From NCBI GenBank assembly GCA_021613535.1, contig CP075496.1, positions 434,001 to 498,000 of the forward strand: a stretch of DNA of 64,000 nucleotides, written 5' to 3'. This document shows positions 10,657-23,269 of the stretch, piece by piece; position 1 is the first letter of the stretch, and each line of letters starts with the position of its first letter. A program made the translations under genes and the position numbers. This stretch comes from Adineta vaga (taxonomy: Eukaryota > Animalia > Rotifera). The notes beneath the pieces are model-generated. The model was not told where the DNA came from and made no database searches. It was given only the letters and a program-made list of their open reading frames with translations.

Positions 10657-13476
10657 CTAGCTTTTGGATAATTCTTCGTATACTGCGCTGATGTCGCTGT
10701 ACGATGTAAGTAGATCAGGATGATTTTGGGGAAGTGACTGTTGTCGAATGTCAAGACTTTTTTCAAAACATAAGAGTGCTCTGGGATAATCATCCAGATA
10801 AAAACACATACAACCAATATTGCTGTAAGTTGTTGCCAAATTAGGATGATTTGAAGGAAGTAATTGCTGTTGTACGTCAAGACACTTTTCATAAGATGAG
10901 AGTGCCCTTAGATGGTGATCCATTTGGTGACAAACCCCACCAATGTTGTTGTAAGATACAGCAATATGAGGATGATTCGGTGGAAGTGATTGCTGTTGCA
11001 TGGCAAGACATGTTTCAAAAGATGAGAGTGCTCTTGGATAGTCACCCATTTTGTGATATATCTTACCAATATTGTTGTAAAACACAGCAACATCTGGATG
11101 ATTTGGTGGAAGTAATTGTCGTTGTATGTCAAGACATTTTTCATAAGATGATAGTGCTCTTGGGTAGTCACCCAGTAAGGAACATTGATCACCAATGTTG
11201 TTGTATGATGTAACCAAATCAGGATGATTTGGTGGAAGTGACTTTTGTCGAATCTTAAGACATGTCTCATAAGATAAGAGTGTTCTTTGATGATCACCCA
11301 GAGAACGACATATACTACCAATATTGCTGTAGGATGTTGCCAAATCAGGATGATTTGAAGGAAGTAATTGCTGTTGTATGTCAAGACACTTTTCATAAAA
11401 CGAGAGTGCTCGTGGGTAGTCACCCAGTAAGTAACATAGAGTACTAATGTTATTGTAAAATACAGCAACATCAGGATGATCAGATGGAAGTAATTGTTGT
11501 TGTATGTCAAGACATTTTTCATAAGACAAGAGTGCTCTTGAATAGTCACCCAGTAAGTAACACTGATTACCAATACTGTTGTATGATGTAACTAAATCAG
11601 GATGATTTGGTGGAAGTGAATGTTGCCGAATCTTAAGACATTTTTCATAAGATAAGAGTGCTCTTGGATAGTCACCCATTTTGTGATAAACCCCACCAAT
11701 GTTGCTGTAAGATACAGCAAGATGAGGATGATTAGATGGAAGTAATTGCTGTTGTACGTCAAGACACTTTTCATAAGATGAGAGTGCTCTTGGATAGTCA
11801 CGCATGTGGTTATACGCATTACCGATATTGCTGTAAGATAAAGCAAAATGAGGATGATTTGGTGGAAGTGATTGCTGTTGAATATGAAGGCATTTTTGGT
11901 TAAATAAAGTTGCTTTGGAATACTCGCCTATCTTGTAATATACATTGCCAATGTTGTTGTAAGATAAAGCTAAATAAGGATCATTTGGTGACCGTAATTG
12001 CGTGCTAATTTCCAGAGATTTTTCATAGAAACTTATTGCTTCATCATATTTTCCTACATAAGTTTTGATGGCACCAAGCTGACCATAAATTCCTGCCTTT
12101 TCGTCATTATTTGTACTTTCATCAAGTATCATCTTATAAATTTCTTCAGCTTTCTCATTTTGACCCGATTGAATTAGCACCACACCTAATTGATACCATC
12201 CTCCGACGTGTCGACAAGTCTTTTCTCGTATATACTCAGTAAGTTCATGTAATTCTTTGTCATTGTCACTCGTTAGTTCTAGACTTATTTCGTAGAGTCT
12301 AGCATTGTCATTAATCGATTTTATATCTTTAATTCGAAATACACTATGCATTGTGAATAAAAATTCGTCTTCTTCTGGAAAATAACTTCTGCCACGAAGA
12401 CAAGCAAAAGCTGCTGTTGATTCACTTGGATCAACTTTTATAATGAAGAGGATCCCTATCAAATCTGGATTGCTTACATTACATTCGGCAAACATAAAGG
12501 ACACGTCGCGATCTTTGCTGGTGGATAAAAAGTTATTGAATGACATTAATCCACCTTTCGACTTCTTCATTTCATCAAAATCTTTCTTTGATAATCCTTG
12601 ACCCCGATAAACCGTAAAGACTTCATTGGCTGAATGTTTACCGAATTGTTCTTGATGTAATTGTTGAATTTGTCGATGCAGATCATTGACGAAAAATCCC
12701 ATTCGTGTAATTAAATCTCCATCCATCAATCGTAGAGCACGATTAATCATGCAATACAAATCACTATCCTTCGTATACCACCAAATAGGTGTTTGTAGAT
12801 AATACTCTTCTACTAATTGGTCAACATTTTTTAGTTCTTTTGTTTTGTTAACAAATGCATCAGGACAAAAACAAACAAATTCTTTGACGTATTGTTTTCC
12901 GAAATTAATACCTAGTAGAGCTTCTTTGAAAAGTTGTGTATACATGAAAGATGAATCAAGTTGATCTAGTCGTGTTTTTGTTTGTACAAAACTCATTGAT
13001 ATATCATTCTGCTTACATTGTTGAGTTCTTTTCTTCAAAGCTTCACAGATTGAAGTAACATCTGTAGAAACACATTTGATCTTTGACCATTGTTTAGTCC
13101 ATTGTTCATAAGATGTCTTGTTGTTGTTACAGATAATAAAAATCGAATCAAGTTGAGAGATATCATGTATACAAGGCAGGAGAAATTCTCCGATTGAATC
13201 GAAAATGATGAGAGAGACATTTGAGTGGTCGACATCGAGAATAAACTCAATACATCCATCAGTATCTGTGAATGTGTGAGTGTCGTAAGCATAGCTATGA
13301 AGTTGTACAATTGTATTCTGATTATCTTCATTATTGTGATTGATATGATTATTCAACCAAACTACAGTGATATTTTCTATGTTCTGAGTATCAATATGTT
13401 GATGCTCATATGTTTCCTGTGAAGTAACAGTAACTTCTGTACTTTTAAGTTTATTAGCGGATTGTGCATCGTCCAT
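10657..13476 (-). CDS. NAD:arginine ADP-ribosyltransferase domain + TPR array protein (939 aa)
   Basis: Same architecture as 3652-7383: VVWLN receiver-like region, VYRGQ / FLSTS / EEDEFLF, then 10 complete and 1 partial near-identical 42-aa repeats. Confidence 0.92.
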   Translation of the reverse strand: MDDAQSANKLKSTEVTVTSQETYEHQHIDTQNIENITVVWLNNHINHNNEDNQNTIVQLHSYAYDTHTFTDTDGCIEFILDVDHSNVSLIIFDSIGEFLLPCIHDISQLDSIFIICNNNKTSYEQWTKQWSKIKCVSTDVTSICEALKKRTQQCKQNDISMSFVQTKTRLDQLDSSFMYTQLFKEALLGINFGKQYVKEFVCFCPDAFVNKTKELKNVDQLVEEYYLQTPIWWYTKDSDLYCMINRALRLMDGDLITRMGFFVNDLHRQIQQLHQEQFGKHSANEVFTVYRGQGLSKKDFDEMKKSKGGLMSFNNFLSTSKDRDVSFMFAECNVSNPDLIGILFIIKVDPSESTAAFACLRGRSYFPEEDEFLFTMHSVFRIKDIKSINDNARLYEISLELTSDNDKELHELTEYIREKTCRHVGGWYQLGVVLIQSGQNEKAEEIYKMILDESTNNDEKAGIYGQLGAIKTYVGKYDEAISFYEKSLEISTQLRSPNDPYLALSYNNIGNVYYKIGEYSKATLFNQKCLHIQQQSLPPNHPHFALSYSNIGNAYNHMRDYPRALSSYEKCLDVQQQLLPSNHPHLAVSYSNIGGVYHKMGDYPRALLSYEKCLKIRQHSLPPNHPDLVTSYNSIGNQCYLLGDYSRALLSYEKCLDIQQQLLPSDHPDVAVFYNNISTLCYLLGDYPRALSFYEKCLDIQQQLLPSNHPDLATSYSNIGSICRSLGDHQRTLLSYETCLKIRQKSLPPNHPDLVTSYNNIGDQCSLLGDYPRALSSYEKCLDIQRQLLPPNHPDVAVFYNNIGKIYHKMGDYPRALSSFETCLAMQQQSLPPNHPHIAVSYNNIGGVCHQMDHHLRALSSYEKCLDVQQQLLPSNHPNLATTYSNIGCMCFYLDDYPRALLCFEKSLDIRQQSLPQNHPDLLTSYSDISAVYEELSKS
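10670..11975 (-). repeat. 126-bp coding tandem repeat array (TPR units)
   Basis: Recurrent units with 126-nt period, e.g. aggatgatttggtggaagt...caagacacttttcataag...gagtgctcttggatagtcaccca; boundaries approximate. Confidence 0.9.
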
Positions 13477-14834
13477 GATTTCGTTTGCCTGCTCGTTTGT
13501 ACACAGAATATTTCGAATGTAGAAGGTTTCTTTATAATTCTTCTATTTACTCTGAAAAAGAAACGACATTAACATGAATCTTTGTCGGTAGTGAACAAAA
13601 GAAGAAATATATAAGGAGAATATTTGCGTTGTTTGCATTATTCAAGTAAATCAACAAGAGAAAAAAAGGTAACTGAGATGCCTTTCTTTACTTGATTCTG
13701 AAGTACATATTGTTAAAGTTTTGAAGGTTGGCAAAAATAAGAAATTAGTGAATATTATGCGATAGATTGTGAAATAATAAAAGCTACCAACGACTTGTTC
13801 CTGTTACATCCGTCAATTTATTATTATCAATATAATGATAAATAATATCTCCTTGTTTTATATTAATATGATTAAGAATTAATTGAATATTTAATAATAA
13901 TTCATTATAAGTCCATATTTGATCATCAATAACTTCAATAGCAATTTCATTCGAATGTTTTTCTAGATTTTCATAAAAACTTTTAAGAAAATCTTTTTGT
14001 ATTTTTATAATTTAAAAAAGAAAAAAGTTTGTTTTCCTCTCTGTCAATTTACTATACATTCAATTTCTGTAATAACCTATCGTCACCAAACTTTCACCTA
14101 GATCATCATTGTATTATAGTTTACGTGACCAAAGCTCCTAAGACACTTATGGGACAAAAAGAGAGTATTCGCTGAACTGAACGAGCGATTTCTTGGAGCG
14201 CGCGCGAAGATGAATTATTTTAGATAGATTGATAAAAATCAATGTGTTGTCAACTTTACTTTTTGAAGTACACATATCACATTCGGATTTCAATCCAATG
14301 TTTTCGCATCTATTTAATATTATGCAATGGCAGTTGTATTAATCTCGTTAAAATTTGAGCGTATATTCCAAACAAAACGACAGTTTTTAACGGAGTTTAG
14401 GATCTTTTTTTCTCTATTTTTGTACTTGATAAAATGTATATTTCATCTGCATAATTTCGCAATCAACAGACTAAACTTTATCATCTTTAAGCGAAACATA
14501 CTATAAAAGAGAAAAGAAGGAAAAAAGGACGACAATGACTTAATTTTTAAACAATCAACAACGAACCGACGAAATGATAGAAAATTCTTTTGGCACGGCA
14601 CAGCTAAATTCATGGTCAAAAAAATGAATTGCGAATTGAATTTGTTAATAAATCTAAGAAAATTCTTGTAAATATATCTAAATAAAACTTACTTGAAATC
14701 AATTCTATTTGATTTATTTATAATTATAGAAGAAAAAGAAAAAATAATCGTTATAATTTATCTGATTATATAGTGAGAAACGAAAAGAATAACAAATGAT
14801 TAATAAAATAATCATCGATTAGGATTTATTTATT

Positions 14835-15398
14835 TTATAAAATTCTTTCTCTCATTGGTGATAATGCATTTATACGAAATGAAATTCCATTTATTAATTG
14901 ACTTGGTAATAAATAATTAAATAAATCAATAACTTGTTTTATTAATAAATCAGATGGACGATAAGTACCTGAATTATTATTTAAATATAAATCTTTAAAT
15001 TCATCACACCAAATTTCACCTGCAAATTTGACATATTTTGAACGACTTGATATTGTTATATGTTTACATAATGGATGAAATGATTTTGGTAAAAGATATG
15101 GAACACGTATGATGATTATTGAATCATTTAAAATAACAAAACTATAACGAATTTGTGAATTTTTTTCTTTTAATAAAATTTTAATAAAAGATTTTAATGA
15201 AATCCAATTTGAATTTTCATCAATATAATCATCAAATGGTATTCGAGTTGATTGAGAATAATATTGAGAAAAAAAATAAATTCGACGATAATAATTTATT
15301 TTTGTATTTTCTGAATAGGCAATTAAATCATTTGGTAAATAATAATTTATTATTTCAGATGGAATTGATATCTTATAAACTAAACATTGATCATACAT
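14835..15398 (-). CDS. 187-aa protein with H...AGE...NNSGTYRP motif domain, function unknown
   Basis: Ordered motifs YSFVIL, KHITIS, VKFAGEIW, LNNNSGTYRPS resemble the NxSG[HT]YxP domain of fungal/oomycete C2-associated proteins, plant IQM proteins and bacterial toxin-like domains (recognised from memory). Confidence 0.65.
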   Translation of the reverse strand: MYDQCLVYKISIPSEIINYYLPNDLIAYSENTKINYYRRIYFFSQYYSQSTRIPFDDYIDENSNWISLKSFIKILLKEKNSQIRYSFVILNDSIIIIRVPYLLPKSFHPLCKHITISSRSKYVKFAGEIWCDEFKDLYLNNNSGTYRPSDLLIKQVIDLFNYLLPSQLINGISFRINALSPMRERIL

Positions 15399-16962
15399 TT
15401 CGTTTTTTCTTTTTATTGTAAATGATCATTTACCTTCGTTGTGCATCAATTATTTTCTCTTCTCACAAGGATTCTATCAATTCTTTAAGATCAAACAAAG
15501 AATACACGTGTTTCTTTTTTTTAATCAAACCACGCAATCTTTCTCATTCTCATTAGATACAATGTCAACATAATATATCATATAAATACTTGACAAGGTC
15601 ATTTATCATTGTTATAATAAAAAATGAACGAAATTTTGAGAAAAAGTTTTCTATCGTTAATTTCAATATAAGTACATGTACTTTTATGTAGTTTTGATGT
15701 TATTTCGTTCTCAAGACGATGAATACGAAATCTATGTACACCTGTAAACATATATCTCCGTCAGATCGTGTACAGAGGTAAACACATGAAAACGAACATC
15801 GTATACAGACTCCATTTGTCAAGTCAGTATACGATCCTATTTTTCTACATATAATATCGTATTTCTCTAAACAAGACAATTTATGGCCGTCCTGTTCGGA
15901 CATGAGTTTCGAACGAATGTTCGTTGTTTATTTAGTAAATAACAAAATACACACACACACACGACACTATATACACTCTATGCTGTGGTCAAACATGTAT
16001 ATATATATGTAATCACATATAGAAGTTCTTTATAGAAGATCAATTTTGAATAGATGAGATATAAATTTGTATTTTCTTTATTTAAAAAAACAATTTGTTT
16101 TCTCATATCCTTTTTTGTCTCTTCTGTAAAATAATTTTTTTATTTAAATCGAGATTAGGATTGTTATCTATTTTTAAATGATGTTTATTATAAATATTGA
16201 CATTAAAGATAATTTTAAAAAGAAAAATCTAATTATTAAAATGTACAAGAGTGAATCAATAGACTTTCATCAATTCAATTTTCTAAAAATATAATAAAAA
16301 TAGAAAAAATTGTTCTTCAACAGTTATATTTATTTCACTTCTAAACATTTCTTATTTAATATTGACTCAAAATGAAATTGATCTTATGAAAATATGACCT
16401 ATACATGTTTGAATTTCATTATCGATCATAAATATATTCAAAAAAGATTTATAAGAAACATTTTATTATAATTTATTTTAAATATCTGTGTATAATATTC
16501 AAATCTAAGAAAGATTCATTTGCATTTAATTATATACTAGTCGATTTAATTTTGTTATTATTCAATTTTTCAATAGTGATAGAAAAAGAAAGGTATATCG
16601 ATTAATGTCAATATTTGCTTCAGTCAGTTCTTATTTTCTCATCATTGATAAAATTATAATATACTGAAAAGAAAACTACGTCGAATGGTAAGTTAAATGA
16701 AAATTGTGAGTCAGATACCACCTGCTTTACATTGTTCTCCTTGAAAAATTGTTGAAAAAAATATTTGTATTGTAAAAAAAACTCTTTGAGGTCTATATTT
16801 TACAATTGAAATAGATTTTTAAAAGAACAACGTTTTTTATCAGTTCTTTAGTGTGCATTTCAACGTATTAGAAATATGTTTGTTTTAGAGAAAAAAAAAC
16901 ATCGCCTTTTTTCAAAGAACGCGTTCGTTTTCCTTTATGTGTTTATTAGAATAAACATAAAT

Positions 16963-19158
16963 ATGATTTTCTCGACAATGAAAGATGTATCATCAGAAGA
17001 AGAACAAGAATCATGTATTAGTAATAATAATACAACAACTGATGTGTCAACTAAATCTGAGCATCTATCCATTCGACAAACAACATATGAAGAAGATAGA
17101 AATTTTGAATCTTTTGCTTTAATATGGTGTGATAGAAATGTTAATAAATCCGATGATTATTAGGAAATTCAAATGAAACTTCGAGAAATTGTAAATTTTT
17201 TAAGAACATTTAATGATTGTATTTCTTGTGAATGTTGGTTACAGCAACGTCAGACCAACTCTACTGACAAGATTATTCTTATTATATCTAATGAACTAGG
17301 AAGAGAATTAATTCCTAAAATTCATCATTTATCACAAATCATTTCGATTTATATATTTGATATGGTCAAGAACAACAATTCAAATTGGTCAAACACATTT
17401 CAGAAGGTATAATATGGATATAATAGTGAATAATTAGAAAAGATATTTAGTATCGCTTTTCATTCATAGATCCGTGCTGTTTTGACAGAATCCATGGAGT
17501 TATTGTCGACAATCGAGTCAAATCAACAAATGCTTGAAAAACTGGAAAAACTCTCATCAATACCAATGTCGATCTATGACACATCGTCATCAATCACAAG
17601 TGAACAATCATCAAAAATACTAAACGGAAGTTTTTTATGGTTTTGGCTCTTAATTGAAACTTTACTTCGTATGCATTATAATGAAAATGATCGTTATGAA
17701 CTTATTCAATTTCTAAAAGATAAATGTAAAGGTAATCATATTCAACTACAAATCATTGAAGAATTTCAATTTTCTTGTACAAATCAAAGAGCTTTATGGT
17801 GGTACACTCGAAATAGTTGTATCTATAGAATATTAAACAAAGCATTACGTTGTCAGAATCTTGATACAATTATTCTATTTCGAACATTTATTAAAGATAT
17901 GTATATTGAATTAAAGAATCTTCAAGAAAACGAAAGTAATAAATGTATAAGACGAGTCTATCGTGGTCAATTAATGTCAATAGAAGAACTGCAAAGATTA
18001 AAATTATCTATTGGAAAATATGTCTCAATGAATAGTTTTGTTTCTACAACTGTTGATCGAAATACAGCATTGTTCTTTGTTACACCGTCAACAACTTTCA
18101 TTGAAAATCATCTTCAATCTGTTTTACTTGATATTGATATTAATAAATCTGTAAAAGATGTTAAACCATATAGTGATATTTCATCTCTAAGTTATTTTAA
18201 GCAAGAAAAAGAAATTTTATTTATGATTGGATCAATTTTTAAAATTGAAAATATTTTTCAATCTGAATTTGATTGTATTTCAATAATAAAATTATCATTA
18301 TGTAGTGAAAATGATCATGAATTAAAAGAACTTTCATCATATATTCAAATGGAAATATTTGAATCTAATCCTAATTTAATCTCACTTGGAAATATGTTAA
18401 GAGAAATGTGTGAATATAGTGAAGCAAGAAAATGTTTTCAACGTCATTTAAATCAATTAGAAGATATTCAATCTTCTGAAATTGCATTATGTTATACAGG
18501 TCTTGGAGATATTGCTCGAATTAAAGGAGATAATGATTTATCTATAATATATCATAAAAAAGCATTAGAAATTCATTCATTATTATCAAATAATAATCAG
18601 AGAATATCTATTGCCTATAATAAATTAGCTGCTGCTTTTCGTCAAAAAAAACAATATGAAGAAGCATTACAAGTTTATCAGAAATGTTTACAAATCGAAA
18701 TGGAAAAAACAAATGGAAATCTCGAAAGTGAAGAAATAGCCACGACTTATTATAATATGGGTATTCTTTATGAAGAACAAGATAAATTCGTTGAAGCATT
18801 AGAATATTATAACAAATCATTGACAATTCGAGAGAAATATTTACCTTCAGATCACTATAAAATTGCGCGATTATACAGAGGAATGGGTGAAACTTATTAT
18901 TATCATACAGATTATACATTTGCATTAGAATATTTAAAAAAAAGTTTAATTATTTCTGAAAAATCACGTACAGAAATGCATTATGATTTAGCACTTCTCT
19001 TTCATCATATTGGTCGAGTCTATGAAGATACAGAACAATTTGATTTAGCTTTAGAAAATTATATTAAAGCAGATCAAATCTATAAACATGCTTTGCCTTC
19101 TACTCATGAATGGATTATAGAAAATCAAGAACATATCGAGAATGTTAAGAACAAATGA
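16963..19158 (+). pseudogene. Third ART-TPR gene with one in-frame TAG in exon 1
   Basis: ORFs 16876-17163 and 17173-17412 share a frame, separated only by TAG at 17161-17163. GT-AG intron 17407-17469 joins NTFQK to IRAVLTES. ART motifs VYRGQ / FVSTT / QEKEILF, followed by about 6-7 TPRs. Confidence 0.8.
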
Positions 19159-20735
19159 AAAAGAAAATAATCATTTGAATTTAATTTGATGATTATTGAT
19201 TGTATTTTGAAATGTTAATAAAAGATTATGAATCTCAAATATAATTTTCAATTGTTCATTTATCTATTTAGAATTGTAATTTTAGTCGGTCATCGATGTC
19301 CCCATGGTCCACTACTTGTGACTGCTCAAGTAAGGGAATCACATGTATGACCGCCTTCAGTTGTACATGCTCCTTCTCTTTAGCTATTCGTCGATTATAT
19401 ATAAAGTCAGGTAATACGTAAGTAACAGCTTATCGTACTTCAATAATCCGCATTGAGAAAGAGTAAGTCCGCATCAGGTTACAAAACCATTCAATCTCAC
19501 TCAAATAATTAACATAGACGACGATATTAAACTGAATGATTTCCTAATTTGCAGTAGTAAAGGTTTGCATACGATCCTGTAGTTTTAGAAGAGTATGGGT
19601 GGGTTAATGTTAACTGGATCAATATACTAACCCACACCCCAAATTTAACTTTGTTATGCAGAAACCAATCATTTCGAAGTATATCATCAGCAAGATGAAT
19701 ATAGTACTTTTTCAGAATTTTAAATGGACGCTAATGCAACTGATATCGAATGACGTGAAATGTAATGTTGATGTATTGATACGGACTATGTCGTTATTCC
19801 TGGTTTGTTGCAACACTCATAAATTGATTTCAACTGAAAAGGTAAATCATGAATTACATGTTCAGTATAATAAATTGATGTCTGATGAATTCAGTTCAAA
19901 CTTTTTCTATGTATATGATGAATCATACGAGTCATGTTACTGAGAGAATTGTCCTTTCAAATCGCTATAAGTTTATCTAAAGGCAAGAAAAAGTTAATAT
20001 AACAGAATTGAGGGATAAATATTTCTGACATAATAATATAGTTACTTTATTCATCTTGTCTAATTACATTATCCTATTCATCATGTATTCAAAATAGGTC
20101 AATAAATAATATAGAGTAATGATTATATTCCAGATATATATTATTACTATGTTAAATCATATTTAATGGTACTTTTATTTTTCATTTACTAGAAGAAAGA
20201 AAGAGAAAAAAACATGTAAATGCTTCTTAATCGTTAAAATATCGAATTTTACACTTTGAAAAAAATTGTTATTCTTTCTTGATAAACAAAACAAGTTTGA
20301 AACTATTTTTTTCGTTACATTAATGTCTAAATAATTTTGCTCGACGATTAGAATTTTTTGTAATATTACAATCTAAAAAAAAGGAAAAACGAAAGTACTT
20401 TTCGAATCTGTAATTCATCAAAAATTAAATAAAGTCATTTTCCATCATTTCTGATCAATTTATCTGTTAAAATCATATTTTTTGTTAAACAATGTCATTT
20501 ACAACTTGACTATTCGCTGTAGATTTAAAATGAAAAGTTTGTCTCAAGAATTAATAATTATTGAATATTTTCATTTTTGTGAAGATTTGAAATAAATTCA
20601 TTTCTTTTTCTGTTTTTTTTTCTTTTCTTTCCTATGAAGATTTATTTAATCGAAAGGAAAGAAAAGTTCCCTTATTTTTTTCGAAAAAAAGGACATTGAA
20701 AGGTTAAAAAAAGAAAAATTGTTTTTCAAGTAAGA

Positions 20736-21423
20736 ATGTTCATTGTAAATTTTAATGAAATATCAATTCCAATGATTCGTTGTAAGTTATTTTATTAAAT
20801 TTTAGAAAATCAATCGAAATGAATTTTATTAGATGGATGTTTTTCTTGTTCCTTTGATGAAAGTTATCCAAACGAATTAAATGGATTAATTACAAAAGAA
20901 AATTTTCAAAAATCAATTGATGAAATTAATCATTCATGTCAATTATTATTTAAAGAAAAATTTCTTTTCTTTATTTCATTTTTTAATCTTTTTATTGGAT
21001 TAATTCTATCGATTTGTGGAGGTATTTTTCAAGAAAATTTTCATCAAAAATTGTATTTTATATTAGTTGCATTTGGAGTTTTAATGATTATTTGTGGAAT
21101 TATTTTTTATTTAATTTCTTATTTAAAAATTAATTCAAATCGTTTGAAAAGAATTCAAAATGAAATTCATTCAAAATCATCAAAATTAATTCAATGGGAA
21201 TTCAATGAAATTGATTTATCAAAGAAAATCAATCGAAATCATCAATTTAATTTAATTGATTATCATGTAAATATTCTATTTTATTTATTTTATTTTATTT
21301 ATTTTATTTTAGTTTTCAATTATAATAAAAACAAATTGGAATGATTTACCAACTTATGAAATAAGTTTAAATGAAATTCATCCTCCATCTTATTCCGAAA
21401 TTCATCAATCATCATCTTATTAA
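20736..21423 (+). CDS. Golgin-A7/ERF4-like domain membrane protein with C-terminal PY motifs (3 exons)
   Basis: Exons 20736-20781, 20833-21266, 21313-21423 splice in frame; FDESYPNELNGLITKENFQKSIDEIN is ERF4-like; two hydrophobic helices; LPTY and PPSY at the C-terminus; AATAAA at about 21453. Confidence 0.7.
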
Positions 21424-21486
21424 AGATTTTACAAAGAAAAATTCATCCAGAAAATAAACTTAATGAACATTGTTTATATTCTTTCA

Positions 21487-21625
21487 TTTATACAAAGTTC
21501 CCTCGACTGAAAGGAGGGTCATGTGAAAAGACAGTTTGTGTGTTTGTCTGTATGTGTGCGTCAGGGTCAAAGGTCAAAATAACATTTTTTTTGAAAATGC
21601 TCAAAACTTAATGAAATTTAGTCTG
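21487..21625 (+). mobile_element. 5' end of a DINE-1/HINE-like (Helentron-associated) non-autonomous element
   Basis: TTTATAC start, short hairpin CCCTC(21500-21504)...GAGGG(21514-21518), GTNT-type microsatellite, then GGGTCAAAGGTCAA. No matching 3' end found; GC-richer non-coding TE-like sequence continues to about 22950. Confidence 0.5.
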
Positions 21626-23269
21626 GGAAGGATGAGGCTAGGGACAAATTAAAAACCAATAATCGGTTGTAATTTCGAAACAAATTTCTGCTCTTGGTCA
21701 ATTTCTACACTTCCTTTTTAGTAGTAGCGTTCTCGCGTCCTTAACTAGTCGACAAACAGACACTATTTCTTGAGACGCTAGGACGTTGTTCCCTCGATTG
21801 GGTATGGGTGAGGACCTGGGTGTTGGGGGAAACGTTGGGTGAAATTGATTTCACGAAAAAAAAGTTAATATTCTGTTTTTGAAGGTTAACAGATATTTCA
21901 ACAATAACATTAGAGCCGTTTTCTCGTATCTTAAGTTTCCAGATCAATTCATCTCACCATTGAATGAAGCTGAAAATACCCATCCTCCACAGTGTAGGAT
22001 TAAGCGAGTGTGCCCGACGAGCGTTACTTGTCGACAATACGTTAATAAATAGAAATTATCGTTTCATAAGAAAATATGTACCGAACATGGACATCTTGAA
22101 AAATTATAAATGGATGTTCGTTCTGCTCTAATACTTTCATTAACGGGTATTCTGACGATTTTTTATGGAAGAGATGTATGCGCTGATGGAACTACGCCTT
22201 TATTTATTTCTTCCTCATACATCGCATCGTTCTGTTACAAAACACACGCTTATAGACTCTTCTGTCAAAGAGAAGGAAAGGGAATACTGAAATACATAAA
22301 AATGCACCGAAGTAAGGTCATAAAAAGAAACGAACGGACAAATAGCATGCATACAGCGCATGTATGCGAGATTGTCAGAGGTATGTCCTAGCGGGCTGCG
22401 AGTCTACTCTTATCGGAAAATTTCTTCCAAACATGTCGCTAGACATCACACCACTCGGTGCAGAATTTCATTCTATACATAATGAGCTATTTGGTTTTAG
22501 TTTTTCTGATCAAAGGCAATTCCTGAAGTCCTGTAAAGTTCTCGACTTGCTGCTCATAGTACAAACTTCCACATGGATGCATCGATCCCATTCTTGGGTA
22601 GAAATCTCAACAATACCGAGAAGATTAACACTTTAAAAAATCATATCATTTTAAGGATCTGAAAAATGCGGATCAACAATAAACTGTATCACAACGTTAC
22701 GTTGATATTTCTCATTTTTGTCCGAAAGAAAACAGTGGAAAGAAAATTTTTTTTAGCTTCAGAAAGCTCTACAAGTTCGGTAGTTCTTTTATGTGACGGC
22801 GTTACGCGACCCTTGAACTCTTGCAGAGATAACAAGCAAAAATCTAAACGATTTATTTTTCCAGCACTGCAGATAGAGCTTAGTTAGCTGCATCCAACAG
22901 CATTTAAACCAATGCGTTAGCTATTTTAGTTCTCGAGAAAATGTCACAACGTTTCGTTTGGACAAGCCCCAGAAGAAAAGAAAAAAAATGAGTATGGCAA
23001 ATTCATAATCATTGTTTCACGACAAAGAAAAGTCTCTCTGATAGGATAACATGATACAACTTAGAAGAAATTCAAAATCATTATCCTTTTCATCTTTGTT
23101 GTTTTCCACTAATAAAAGATCATCAGTTTGTTTAGTACCTAAATGTAATGCATTGAGGGTACGAGTAGCATGTTTGCACAACAATCTCACCCTCATCCAT
23201 GATAGAGGTATCGGTTAGATTTCCAATTGCAGATTCAACAGATGATTTATTTGCCTTGTTTTTCTACAT

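Noticed and set aside
10644-11846. Long alternative-frame and antisense ORFs over the TPR arrays (also 4218-6014)
   Set aside because: By-products of the 126-bp coding repeat; no independent coding signal.
10670-11975. Regular repeat array resembling CRISPR
   Set aside because: Repeats are in-frame TPR codons with no unique spacers and no cas genes; eukaryotic context.
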